The translations under genes were made by a program, and so were the position numbers. Under the pieces are notes generated by a model, which was not told the origin of the DNA, made no database searches, and worked only from the letters and a program-made list of their open reading frames with translations. Positions 31,669 through 42,944 of a DNA stretch of 64,000 nt are shown in pieces. Position 1 is the stretch's first letter. Every line of letters starts with the position of its first letter. This stretch comes from Orbicella franksi (Eukaryota). Location of the stretch: positions 1,364,001-1,428,000 of the forward strand of contig OZ116707.1 of assembly GCA_964199315.1 (NCBI GenBank), written 5' to 3'.

Positions 31669-34600
31669 ATGTTTCGCTTCCCGAGAGACGATTTCGACCT
31701 CAACAATGAAGAAGACAACGCCCTTTTAGCCCAACATTTGGATGACATTGAACAAGGCTTTGATTTTCTCTTAACGCCTCACTTGGATCGACGCGTTCGC
31801 CATTTAGGCGTCAGACACTGAAATTATGTGGGACGGTTAATGCAAAGCGGTGGTGCTGCACCTCTCTCCACCAACCGAAGACATCCTACCGCGTCAAATA
31901 GAACGAGCCCTCCAACGTGCCATACGAGACCAAATCATCCAAGATCCCGAAGTCGATCGCAACGATCACTTCCTCATCAACATGAATTCCAACCGATTGA
32001 GACACTCCTATCACTCAGCTCGCATGCGTGTCAGAGAATGGATGAACAATGATCTCAGAGCCCAAGAAATCATGCAGCAAATTTCAAAGATGTTAAACTC
32101 CAACGAACAGTTCCGATTGGATGACACCTTCTCGTTACACATTTCACATATCCGAGATCCCGGCCGAGGTAGCGGTAAACAGCGACTTCGCAAAGCCAGC
32201 TTAGCCCTCGACAAGCTACTCGATCTCAAAAAGTGCGTCATCCAAATCAACAACGAGGACGAACTCTGTTGTGCATGGGCTCTGGTCACCATGCAAGCCT
32301 ACTGCGACGTAGGCAGTCGACATCCTGAGTACGTCAACCTACGATGCGGCAAACCCGCTCAAGGAAGAAAGGCCAAGGCACTCCACCAGGCTGCGGGTGT
32401 CCCTGAAGGACCTTGCGGTCTCACCGAACTCCACACCTTCCAACGTCATCTCACCGATTATCAGATCGTGGTGCTTTCCCTGGATCATAATTATCAAATC
32501 ATTTTCAAAGGCCCGCCATGTGACAAACAACTCATCCTCATCAAAGCGGGTGAACATTATCACGGTTGCAATTCACTCTCCGCCTTCCTAGGAAAATCCA
32601 ATTTTTGCATCGAGTGTGAAAAGAGCTACCAGACCGATGACATCAATCATCATCCCTGCCACGGAAAGAAATGTCCTGCTTGCTGTCAAACCCAGTGTGA
32701 AGATTGTCATCGCGCCAGCGACACCACACACCTGCCCTCAATGTCACCGCGCCTTCTTCGGAGAACAATGCTTGGCCAATCATTACGCTTACTCCAAGAC
32801 GGACGGCACCAAAGCCAACGCCGCCAAAAAAATCAAAAACGTCTGCAGTTCCCTACGCAAGTGTCCTCGGTGCAACAGATTACTCAGACCTCGCGAGATC
32901 GAAACGCGTCACGTGTGCAGCACCGCCGAATGTCCCTCCTGCATGGAGTATCACAATCTCTACCGACACCAATGCTTCATACAGAATCCCACCAAGTTAG
33001 AAGAAAAGCGAACATTACTGAAATCCAGAAAACGCAAAGCTGACGGTTCGCAGAGCGTGCACACCAAAGACCATCTCTTTGTCTACTGGGACAGCGAAAC
33101 CATGCAAGACACAGGTGTTGACGTCCCCAACTTGGTGTGCGCTGCCACTTCCAACTGCCAGGAACTCTTTCATTTTGAAGGTGCCACCTGCATTCGAGAT
33201 TTCTTGGATTGGTTGAGAGCTTTAGCTCAGGATTGTACCCTCACTGTCATAGCCCACAATTCCCAAGGGTTCGATTCTTACTTGATACTGGATGAACTCT
33301 ACCAACAATACGTCGTGCCCGAGCAAGTGGTCAACGGCGCTAAGATCCTGTCTTTGTCCATCAACGGAGGAGACATTGTTTTCAAAGATTCTCTCTGCTT
33401 CTTTCAAATGCCACTGGCCAATTTTCCCAAAGCCTTTGGACTGGTTGAACAAAAGAAAGGTTTCTTCCCCCACTTCTTCAACACCCCCGACCATCAAGAT
33501 TACGTGGGACCTCTACCCGACAAAGAACATTACGACCCCCAAGGCATGTCCACAGAACGCGTGCAAGAGTTCGAACGCTGGTATGCCCAACAACTCGCCG
33601 AGCCCGACTTGATCTTCGATTTCCAAGCAGAACTCGTGGCCTACTGTGAATCCGACGTGCTCCTCCTCAAAGGGGCCTGCGAAGTGTTCTGCCAAGAATT
33701 CGAAGCCATCAGCGGCTTCAATCCTCTCCAACGCTGTCTCACCATCGCCTCCGCCTGCAATCTCTTCTACCGCACCAAACACATGCCAGAACGTACCATC
33801 GCTTCGGAACCCATCAGTGGATGGCATAGACAAGGCAAACTGCATTCCCTCGCGTCCCTGGAATGGTTGACCTACATGAACCAAAAACCCGATCACCACA
33901 TTCGACACGCCCTTAACGGAGGGGAACACGTGATCCTACGCGGAGACAAAACCTTCGTGGATGGGTACGACGACGTCACCCTTACCGTGTACGAATTTCA
34001 CGGTTGCTTCTGGCACGGGTGTCCCAAGTGTTACCCGGACCGCAACTGCACGCGTCACAAAATGTGCGATCAGACCATGCATGATGTTTACGAAGCCACC
34101 CAACTCAAAGAAGAGAGTCTCTTGGGTGCGGGCTACAATGTCGTGGTCATGTGGCAATGTGAATGGGAACAACTCAAGCAAGAGGATGAGCAGCTGCGGA
34201 GCCTGGTCCAATCCTTCGACCTGGTCCCCAGACTCAAACCCAGAGACGCGTTCTACGGCGGACGCACCAACGCCATCAAACTTTACCATCAAGTGGAACA
34301 AGGAGAAACGGTGCAGTACCTGGATTTCACCTCCCTCTACCCCTGGACTAACAAAAACTGTCCCTACCCTGTGGGTCATCCCGCCATCATCAGTCAACCC
34401 GAAGGCACCGACATCTCCAGTTACTTCGGTCTGGTCAAATGCAAGATCCTACCACCCTTTGGGTTGTATCATCCGGTCTTACCCCACTGCAGTGGGGGTA
34501 AACTCACCTTTCCACTGTGCAGAACTTGCGTGGAAACCGAGCAACCCAAACCGCTGACCGAACGTAGTCATCGCTGCGTCCACAACGAGCAGGAGCGATG

Positions 34601-35672
34601 TCTGGTGGGTACGTGGCCCACCCCCGAATTGCAAGAAGCCCTTCATCAAGGGTACGTTATCCAATACGTGTACAAAATTTGGCACTTCCCGCGCAATTCC
34701 AACGACTTGTTCTCTTCCTATGTGAACACCTTTCTCAAGATCAAGCAAGAAGCCAGCGGCTGGCCCAATTGGGTGGGTGACGATGCGGTCAAACGTCAAC
34801 AGTACCTCGAAGACTACCTGTCCAAAGAAGGCATTCAACTCAAAGCGGACAAAATTCAAAAAAATCCCGGTCGGCGGTCTCTGGCCAAAATGATGCTCAA
34901 CAGCTTCTGGGGCAAGTACAGGCAACAAGGGAACAAGAGCCAAGTCAAAGCCATTTCGTCCCCCGCCAGGCTTCACGCCCTCCTGACCGATGACAGTTGA
35001 GAAATTCAAACCCTTCGTGTCATGAACGGCGAGATGATCGAATTGGTCTACAAACACGTCCAAGACGAAGAAGCCGTTCAAGTCAACATCAACATTTTCA
35101 TGGCCTGCTTCACCACCTGTTGGGCCAGACTCAAACTCTACCGAGAAGGACTCAGTCGACTCCAACCCCAACAAGTCCTGTACTTCGACACAGACTCCAT
35201 CATCTGCTCGCACCGAGAAGGTCAGCCCATGCCACCCTTAGGCGATCATCTCGGTCAATTCACCAGCAAATTGAAACCAGGTACTCACATCGTGGAGTTT
35301 GCGGCCGCTGGCCCCAAGAATTACGGTTACCAAACCAACGATGGTAAAGTCGAATGCAAGGTACGCGGTTTCACCCTCAACACACGTGGGCAAGCCCAAT
35401 TGAACTTTGACCTGTTAAAAGAAAACGTCATCAACGAAGTCACCGAACCCCGCGAAGAACCACAGGAAATCAGTGTACACAATCCACACAAGATTAAACG
35501 CAATGTCCAAACCAAAACATTAGAAACGATCGAAGAAACCAAACGATACAAAGTCGTCTTCGACAAACGCGTCGTGGATCCCGACACTTTCCTCTCATAT
35601 CCTTACGGATACACCCGAGCCAACATCGACGACACCGACATGGACAATGTCAATCATTTACTAGAATTGTAA
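31669..35672 (+). pseudogene. Protein-primed family B DNA polymerase (pPolB) with N-terminal extension, Zn fingers and VSR-like nuclease insert; TGA at 31819 and 34998, frameshifts near 31865 and 32720
   Basis: YWDSET (Exo I), AHNSQGFD (Exo II), KDSL, KGFFPH, YCESDV (Exo III), YLDFTSLYP (A), KMMLNSFWGK (B), YFDTDS (C), GPKNYGY, KVRGF; YEFHGCFWHGC (VSR-like). Confidence 0.97.
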
Positions 35673-35900
35673 ATAAAATTTGAAAACTGATCACGTGGTC
35701 TGTCGTCACTTCCGCTCCCCAGACCCTCACGGCCTCGCGCGGCCACTTTTGACCGAGCTCGCCCCAGTCTTTGCTAATGCGAACTAATGCAACCGCTGAC
35801 CTGAGCCGAAAATCCTGCACGCTGATTGGTCTCGACGCGTCACGTGTCCAAAATAACGCGCTCTGATTGGCTAGGTCTCAAACCGCCCCCCTATACTACT
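35666..35900 (-). repeat. Right TIR (235 bp)
   Basis: Inverted match to 13111-13357. Confidence 0.97.
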
Positions 35901-36091
35901 TATTGGTGTAGATAATTTTTCATGACATCGCGAGACATATTGACCTTTTTCATGTTTATTTCCAACATGTTAGAAACACATCATGTATCTGCAGGACTTT
36001 CCCTTGTCTGTTGCATCAGACAGTCATTGACCTTTCATCATATCTCTCAAACTCGACTTTATTTGTTTGATGCTTTATTGTTAGTTTATGC

Positions 36092-38300
36092 TTGACTATA
36101 TACGCTAACAAATATTCACAACAGTATGGTAAAAAACCAATGTATAACTTCCATATATATTACTTGCATAATAATCGCTTAAGTTTCTTCCAAAATGATT
36201 CTTTTTTGAAAACAAAGGAGAACCTCTTATTCAGAAATTTACTTGATACAAATAAGTATACTTCATACTTGTTCATGCAATATTGGTATATAATTTTATT
36301 TATTCTATTAATGAGTCCATCATGGGAAACAAGTCAATCAAGCCAGAGTATAAGCCAATCAAGCCAATTGAGTCAATCAAGCCAAAGTATGAGTCAATCG
36401 AATGAATCATGGGAATCAGGCCAAAGTCTCTCTCAATCAAGTCAAAATCAATCAAGTAAGAGTTCAACCTGGGATTCTCAATCTTCGGGTGAAGAATGGT
36501 TACCATCAGACTATGAAGAAACTGATTCAGACTGAAAATACTTGGAGATAAAACAGTATATATTATTGGTGATGGAATTGAGTGAAACAAATAAGTTTAA
36601 TTGTGGAAATGTTATCAACGAAGAAATGATCAAAATGGATTACATTGATTGTCCAATTTGTGATGAAGGATTACAGCAACCAACAATTAAAATAATTCCT
36701 TGTTGTAAAAAACAAGACATTATCAATAACAAAGGCATGAATGTATGCTGTAATTGTGGTTCAGTTCATGGTTATGGTGCAACATTAGAATTCGTTGATT
36801 TTTATGAAATGAACATAGGTTTAGTAAGATATTAGTTTACCAAAGAAAATATAATTTAGATAATATCTTGAATGATATATGCAGTCAAAATGGTTGGCAA
36901 ATGCCAGTACAAAATCATAATAGAATATGTGATATTCTCCGAAAAATAGACAAGATACTGCCACAAATTAATAATAATAATAATAATAATAATAGACTTG
37001 TATAGCGCTAGAACTATACAAACATACTCAAAAGCGCTTTACATTAAGTTAAAATAAATGAATAAATGGAAATCACTAAACTTTAAAACAATTACAACAA
37101 CTATGCTAAACTTTAAAACTATTTCCACAAGTCAAAAGCTTTCTTAAAAAGAAATGTTTTCAGTTGCTTTTTGAAAATGGCGAGGCTGCTACTTGTTCTT
37201 ATAGTTAATGGCAGCGAGTTCCATAAAACAGGTACAGCATGAGCAAAGGCCCGATCCCCAAGTGTAGAGCAGTTGACTTTTGGAACAACCAGAAGAGATT
37301 TTGCAGACGAACGAAGAGCGTAATTAGTAGCTGGTTTCAGGGATAAAAGATCATTTATGTAGGAAGGACTTTGGTTGTGTAGTACCTTGTAAACAAGAAG
37401 AAGCAATTTAAACTGAACTCTAAACGATACTGGGAGCCAATGTAAGTCGATAAGAGCGGGTGTGATACGATCAAATTTCGCAATCCGAAAAATCACTCTA
37501 ACCGCGGCATTCTGAACTTTCTGTAAACGATCAATCTGGTATTTAGGTAGACCAAATAGAAGTGCATTGCAGTAATCAAGGTGCGAAGATACAAAGGCGT
37601 GGATCAGTGTCTTTGTGGATTGCGCGGTAAGGAATTTTCTGATCTGTCTTATGTTGTATAGTCCGCGAAAAGCCTTGCTACAAATCTTGCCAATGTGAAC
37701 ATTCATTCGCATATGAGCATCGAACCAGGCCCCAAGGTTCCGGACGCTTTCTAACGGTTTAATGACAGTGTCGCCAATGATAATAGAATCAATAGATGTT
37801 TTTTCAAGTTGTTGACGGGAGCCAATAATTAGAAATTCAGTTTTCGCGTCATTGATCATTAGATGATTACCAATAAACCAAGAGCGGACATCAGCGATGC
37901 ACTTTTCAATAACAGAGACAGTGTTAAATTCCGAATGGATAGAACAAGGTCGGAAGGAAAGGTAAATCTGGGTGTCGTCAGCATAACCATGGACGGAAGG
38001 GAGGTGCTGTGAAATAATGTTAAAGAGACAGGAGATGTAGAGAGTAAATAAAATAGGGCCCACACAACTGCCCTGGGGGACTCCACAGTTCAGATTGAAG
38101 TCGTCAGAAGTCTTATCACCGACAAGTATACGTTGTTTGCAACCAGACAGAAATGAGTCAATTAATGGTGATTTTAAACGAATGATCAACATTAATTTTA
38201 TTCTGCAAAAAAATTGTGAAATGCAGCCTACCTTCATTTTCATACATTTTATGAACACAGTGCTCTCGCAAGCTTTAAAAGATATCTATACATCAAATTA
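36092..38300 (+). pseudogene. AT-rich virus-like remnant: SQ-rich ORF (36092-36535) plus Cys-rich Zn-ribbon gene (from 36542) interrupted by L2 and resuming at 38160
   Basis: CPIC...CC...VCCNCGSVHG...EFVDFYE; ...IDKILPQI|NGDFKRMININFILQK rejoins across the L2 insertion. Confidence 0.5.
36973..38159 (-). mobile_element. 5'-truncated CR1/L2-clade non-LTR retrotransposon (RT C-terminal half)
   Basis: GVPQGSCVGPILF, YADDTQ, LGAWFD, HLDYCNALLFGLP, LHWLPV..RVQFK; (ATT)n 3' tail; AATTAAT duplicated at 36966-36972 and 38160-38166. The ORF-track start at 38258 lies outside the element. Confidence 0.9.
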
Positions 38301-38793
38301 AACTGCAAAAAATACTCTATCACACTGGAAATTGAAAAACGGCAATTGTTTAATCCAGAAAGCATACTGCCCCCCATACACCCAGGTCCCTAATTGCACA
38401 ATCACTCATCTTCTGGCAACAGTGCCAAATTTACTTTATTATATAGAGGGCCAATTAAATCTTTTCAAGCAAGAGTAAACGTAACTCTGTGCAACAAACC
38501 TAAGAACTGCATTGCTACCCTAATTTACAGTGATGAAATGACGGGATGAATTATAAGCCCCCAAAATAGCCTAACAATACAACATTGAAAAAGCTAGCAA
38601 CATTTCTGGTTATCAAAAATAAAGACTGTTAAAGGTTCATTGCACAGAAAATTTATCACAGATTCTAAAAATGTATGGTTTATGGGTACTTTTCTTAAAA
38701 CCTTTGCATCTACATTTGCCAAACGGTGTCTAATTTGGCCCGAAACGTGTTTTTGAGAAAATCAAGGAAAACTTTCACTTGCGACAATGTCTC

Positions 38794-40317
38794 TCAAAAT
38801 CCTCCAGGAACATAAGTGTCTCCCTCTCTTTCAATGTTATGTTCCTCCTCATGCCTTCTGTCACTCCTCCTTTGCTGTCTTGCTTCCAAGGCACCGACTT
38901 GTGACTTTTTTCTTGCATGGTATGTGCGTTTACTGTCTTCCTTGTCAGCAGCTTCAGAAACATACTGTCCTGGATCGAGGTCACACTTTCTCATGATGTT
39001 TGCAGTAGTGTGTGGACCATCATTAAAATGTGCCACAGCCAAGGCACATGCTGTCTCCACAGAACTCAGGCCAACGAATGAATCTTTTGGGCATAAGCCC
39101 CAAACAACAGAGTTCAGGGACTCATTTTGGTTTTGATTAGCCCCTTCAAGGCAGCGATCCAGCAAGTCATTTGCAGATAAGGCTTCAAAAGTTGGCTTGA
39201 TCACTTCCACTACAGCTGGGGCCAAGGGAGACTTGTGTTGGTAACTATCAGTTCCTTTTGCCTGATCCTGCTGCCACCCACACCATGAAGTTTCACCCTC
39301 TGGGCAGTAGTCATGTTGAGGGTTTTCATCTGAGGAAGCAGAGTGGTACAATATGGCCCAGATTGCTCTTCTCATTCCCTCTTTGTTTTGCTTGTGGCTC
39401 CGTATGGCCTTGCCATAGTATTTCTGAAACAAGTCAATTTTAGTGTCAGTCAAACAGTCTCTCCCTCCAATAGTCTTTCTGTCTTCAAGCTTCCTCCCCT
39501 TGTACATATTCTTGAGATCACGAAGCCTTCGCCCCATTCTCTTCTGTACATGACCAACACAGTCTTCCTTCGCAATATCAATGTCACCATAAGGTTTCAG
39601 TTCCACAACAGTGGCATGGTTTTTGCAATCTCCATCTGAAATCATGGTGACATATCTCAGCTTGTTTTGCTCAATGGATCGAGAATAAATGTCAACAGTG
39701 CATTGCATTTCCATTGAATTTGTTGATCCTTCATGGGTAATGTCGCAGACATGAGACGATTTCCAACGAAGATAATCCTGCAAGGGTCTCTCGTCCTGCT
39801 TGTTCCAGTAGTTACACTCATAACAAAATTTTGACTTTATTTCATAGTCAATGACTTTGCCAGTTTGCCAGGAAAAGGCAAACACAGCTCCATAAAGGGA
39901 ACTATGCCCCCTTTTCATCCATGTACCATCAATGGTGATGGCAATGTCAGCCAGATCATCTCCACAATTGTTTATCTCCCTTATCTCCTTGACAGCTGCA
40001 CTCATGCTCTCCTTAGCTTCCAAAATAGCCGCATCCTTGATATGTTTTGAATGCTTCTTGTAACTTCTTTTGGCCATGGGCCCAGGGATGTCCAAAGTAC
40101 TGCATATCTTTGACAATGCTACATAACCTCGTCCAATTAACTTGGAAGCAAAAACAGCACTCCTATTTACTGGGAAAAACTGTCCTGTCTTGCAATCAGT
40201 ACTAAAGGAGGTTTCTTCGCCACATTTAACGCATTTGAAGGTCATCTGGGATGCCAATCCCATTCTTCCATCCTCGCGAAGAAGCAGAGAGCCTTCTTTG
40301 CAGTTTTTGCAAACCAC
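38794..40317 (-). CDS. Mutator-like (MULE) transposase, 507 aa, uninterrupted ORF
   Basis: ITIDGTWMKRGHSSLYG, GKVIDY, ISDGD, KEDCVGHVQKRMG, CxxGxxSWC, NQNESLNSVVW..CPK. Confidence 0.8.
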   Translation of the reverse strand: MVCKNCKEGSLLLREDGRMGLASQMTFKCVKCGEETSFSTDCKTGQFFPVNRSAVFASKLIGRGYVALSKICSTLDIPGPMAKRSYKKHSKHIKDAAILEAKESMSAAVKEIREINNCGDDLADIAITIDGTWMKRGHSSLYGAVFAFSWQTGKVIDYEIKSKFCYECNYWNKQDERPLQDYLRWKSSHVCDITHEGSTNSMEMQCTVDIYSRSIEQNKLRYVTMISDGDCKNHATVVELKPYGDIDIAKEDCVGHVQKRMGRRLRDLKNMYKGRKLEDRKTIGGRDCLTDTKIDLFQKYYGKAIRSHKQNKEGMRRAIWAILYHSASSDENPQHDYCPEGETSWCGWQQDQAKGTDSYQHKSPLAPAVVEVIKPTFEALSANDLLDRCLEGANQNQNESLNSVVWGLCPKDSFVGLSSVETACALAVAHFNDGPHTTANIMRKCDLDPGQYVSEAADKEDSKRTYHARKKSQVGALEARQQRRSDRRHEEEHNIEREGDTYVPGGF

Positions 40318-40673
40318 AGCTTGCCCAATCGCCGAAACAAGGCTTTCGACATCAAAAATTCACCGTCCTGAACAATCTTCTTCAAGATCATAAATTTCTT
40401 CTTCCGATTCATCTTCCTTGAGATCAGACTGCCGTCGCTTTCCACTAACAATCTCCTCTGAGGCAGTTTCCGTTGACAACTTCTTGCCGCCATCTTTGTT
40501 TTGACTTGTTTCGCCAAGCAATTCGTTCAAAAAAGAATGACCTGGGGCAGTAAACTGGTTGCCAGCAAACTTCCTCTTTCTTTTCTGAGAACAGAACTTC
40601 GGAGACATTTTTAAAAGCTAAACAATAGAAAAATTCTCTACAATTGAACCCAAGCGACGATTTTGACATGAAC

Positions 40674-41611
40674 TAGACTACGAGTAGTCCCTCTTTCGCT
40701 TAGTCGGTCGTGCGTGACGCGAAAGAAAGGAAGGGACTACCGCATAAGCCCAAGAGTTTGCCCTTTGACAGCCGAGTGATATTTCAGTGTAGGATTTCTC
40801 ATCTTGATGTCCTTTTATTATCGCCCGCTATCAATAGCCCCGGGAGATCGGAATAAAATTGCACTACTCTACTCTTCAAGTAGCCAGGCAAAAACATATG
40901 CCGTGAGAAGTATATCTTCGTTCAGTGTTCGTTCAGCGAAACTGTCAAAGAAGTTTTAAAAAGAAGATGGCGAATGAGGCCTCTTGTAACGATTTTTGCA
41001 GCGTCGAAAAGTTATTGCGAAAATTTCAACAGAGTTTCAACCGAGAATTTACATTGTACATTAGACATAGGAGATCATCCAACTGCGGTGAAATGTTTGC
41101 TGATAGCAGCGGAAAATTTCAGGTGAATGTCCAGCGTCAAGTGAGAGTCCGGTTTAATCTTTCAAATGGACGGCAGAAAGGCCAAGCTCAGTGAATTTAT
41201 ATTCGCTGACTTAGAGGATGCTGTTGAGCGGCAAAATCACTAACACGCTCGCAGTCAGGGTGGAGGCAGAAAGCTTTGCCAAACAAAACACTGGATAAAT
41301 TTAAATTTTTCCAAAGCATTGCAAGAACATCACGGTTTGCGAAGCGCAATTCCAACGCTTTGATTTGCTCTGGTACCGCTTTGATTTGCTCCGATTCCAA
41401 AATGTTGACAACACGTCAACGCTCCTAACATAAGCCAATCATAGTTTTGCGCTGTGAGAGCAAAGCATAATTCAAACTCTTGGGCTTAGGCAGTAGTCCC
41501 TCCTTTCGCGTGCTACTTGCCTCCAGGATTTCGCGTGGCCATTTTTTTCTCACGGTTTTCTTTCGCGTCATGCACGACGGACTAAGTGAAAGAGGGACTA
41601 CTCGTAGTCTA
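40674..41611. mobile_element. Non-autonomous TIR element (938 bp) with TAG...CTA termini and 9-bp TSD; AcademH- or Mutator-type
   Basis: TAGACTACGAGTAGTCCCTCTTTC ... GAAAGAGGGACTACTCGTAGTCTA; GACATGAAC at 40665-40673 and 41612-41620. Confidence 0.88.
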
Positions 41612-41956
41612 GACATGAACACGTTGAGAAAACAAATCGAGTGGCTTGGTACTCTGTAGCACACACAAACTGTATTCACTTGGGCCCAGTCCTTCTAGGA
41701 AGCAAATGCTGTGTTTTCCTTCCAGTTCTGATCCATTTCGCACAATACAGAGCACCTTATTTACTAATAAACAACGTTTGTTGCCATGGCAATGAGATAC
41801 CGCACAAACTCCTCGGAAAAATGATAACCTGGAAAATCGAAAAAATTCTTCCTGCATTAGTTTCTTTAATACCTGAAACACACTAACAGCCCTTAATAAA
41901 ATTTTTCAAAATTTTAAACTTTTTTGACAAAATGAAGTAAGGCAGGCCCCTTAATC

Positions 41957-42447
41957 TTATTCAGTTGTGAACAATTTATTGTATTTATCCTCAAACTTGT
42001 CATATAATGGACACATATCTATTATAATTTCATTGACAACTTTGATGTAGTCTAAAAATCGTTCATCGAATTCTAATCCTCTCAGGAATGACCTTATGTC
42101 AGTCAATATTTTTTCATATGATGTGTATGGGAATATTTACACATCTCAATCTTTCTATTATAATTTTGGCCTCAGTGAATGCAGTCAGAATAAGACCAGC
42201 ACCTGATATTGTCCCAAGAACAGTGGGGTTCAGTGTTGCAGCTCCCACTATTGTCCCTGCTGCTATCAGTCCAACAGATCCAATTTTACATGCCAGGTCC
42301 ATTTTTTTAAAAATATTTGTATGTCGTCTTGAATAGCCAGTATTTTTTCTGGTGATATCTGTATAAAGCTTTCAACTCTGATATCTCAGCCTCGGTTAAA
42401 CTATTGTCAATATGATTGAAATTGAAAATAGTTTTTGATGCTTTCAT
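41957..42447 (-). pseudogene. Frameshifted homolog of the Polinton 2-TM protein (25493-26026)
   Basis: LKALYRYHQKKYWLFKTTYKYF[fs]KKMDL..2TM..[fs]KIEMCKYSHTSYEKILTDIRSFLRG aligns by eye with LYKYYHRQWW...KMDMSRFTFTTHEKTLIELRTYVCG. Confidence 0.7.
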
Positions 42448-42488
42448 ATATATGGTTTAGATTGTTTAATCTAATCCAAAATATGTCT

Positions 42489-42944
42489 CTAACTTTTTTC
42501 TGCTGATACTACAGCATTAAATGCATCTCCACCTATTGCATAAGAGTTAGTTGTAAAACCCAATCTGAGGAGATAAGCAGATTTAATTGAAAAGAAGTGA
42601 ATGTTTTCTGTTTCTTGGCTTTGGGGTTGTGACTCTGTGATTTCTTTTGGATCTATTCCAGCAATATTTGTGCTCAATTTGTTTCCCACTTTGGTACTCC
42701 AAATCATGATCTGCTTGTTGACATCTTTGGCAATATCTCTTGTTAGCATCAGATATTTAAATTTTCCTTTGAAATCTATCTCCAAATATGGAATGGTGTT
42801 ATTCGCCTTTTTGAAACCATAATATATCTTAAATCCCCTCTTTGCTCCAATATAAAAATCCATATATTTTGGACTATTAATATTGAAATCTATTTTAAGC
42901 ACAGCAAAAATTGTAAAATCTTTGGTCAAATCACATTCCTGCAA
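42489..42944 (-). CDS. Hypothetical beta-strand-rich protein upstream of the 2-TM remnant
   Basis: 151-aa ORF co-oriented and adjacent to the 2-TM remnant; no family recognised. Confidence 0.35.
   Translation of the reverse strand: MQECDLTKDFTIFAVLKIDFNINSPKYMDFYIGAKRGFKIYYGFKKANNTIPYLEIDFKGKFKYLMLTRDIAKDVNKQIMIWSTKVGNKLSTNIAGIDPKEITESQPQSQETENIHFFSIKSAYLLRLGFTTNSYAIGGDAFNAVVSAEKS

Larger units (their letters stand above)
13111..35900. mobile_element. Complete Polinton/Maverick (adintovirus-like endogenous virus), 22,790 bp
   Basis: Starts AGTAGT (13111), ends ACTACT (35900); 6-bp TSD TATTGG at 13105-13110 and 35901-35906; TIRs; pPolB, INT, ATPase, protease, MCP and mCP all present. Confidence 0.98.

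Noticed and set aside
20664-35000. TGA read-through, selenocysteine or an alternative genetic code in the Polinton
   Set aside because: Frameshifts and TAG stops co-occur in the same genes, the encoded tRNAs are not suppressors (CAT, GTG), and the TGA sites mostly fit Arg. Mutational decay is simpler.
33222-35587. Long antisense or alternative-frame ORFs over pPolB (e.g. 33513-33929, 33936-34397, 34479-35213)
   Set aside because: Shadow ORFs of a GC-rich coding region with no recognisable motifs.
37119-38258. 379-aa RT ORF as a complete gene
   Set aside because: The start lies outside the 5'-truncated L2 insertion; only the RT C-terminal half is present.
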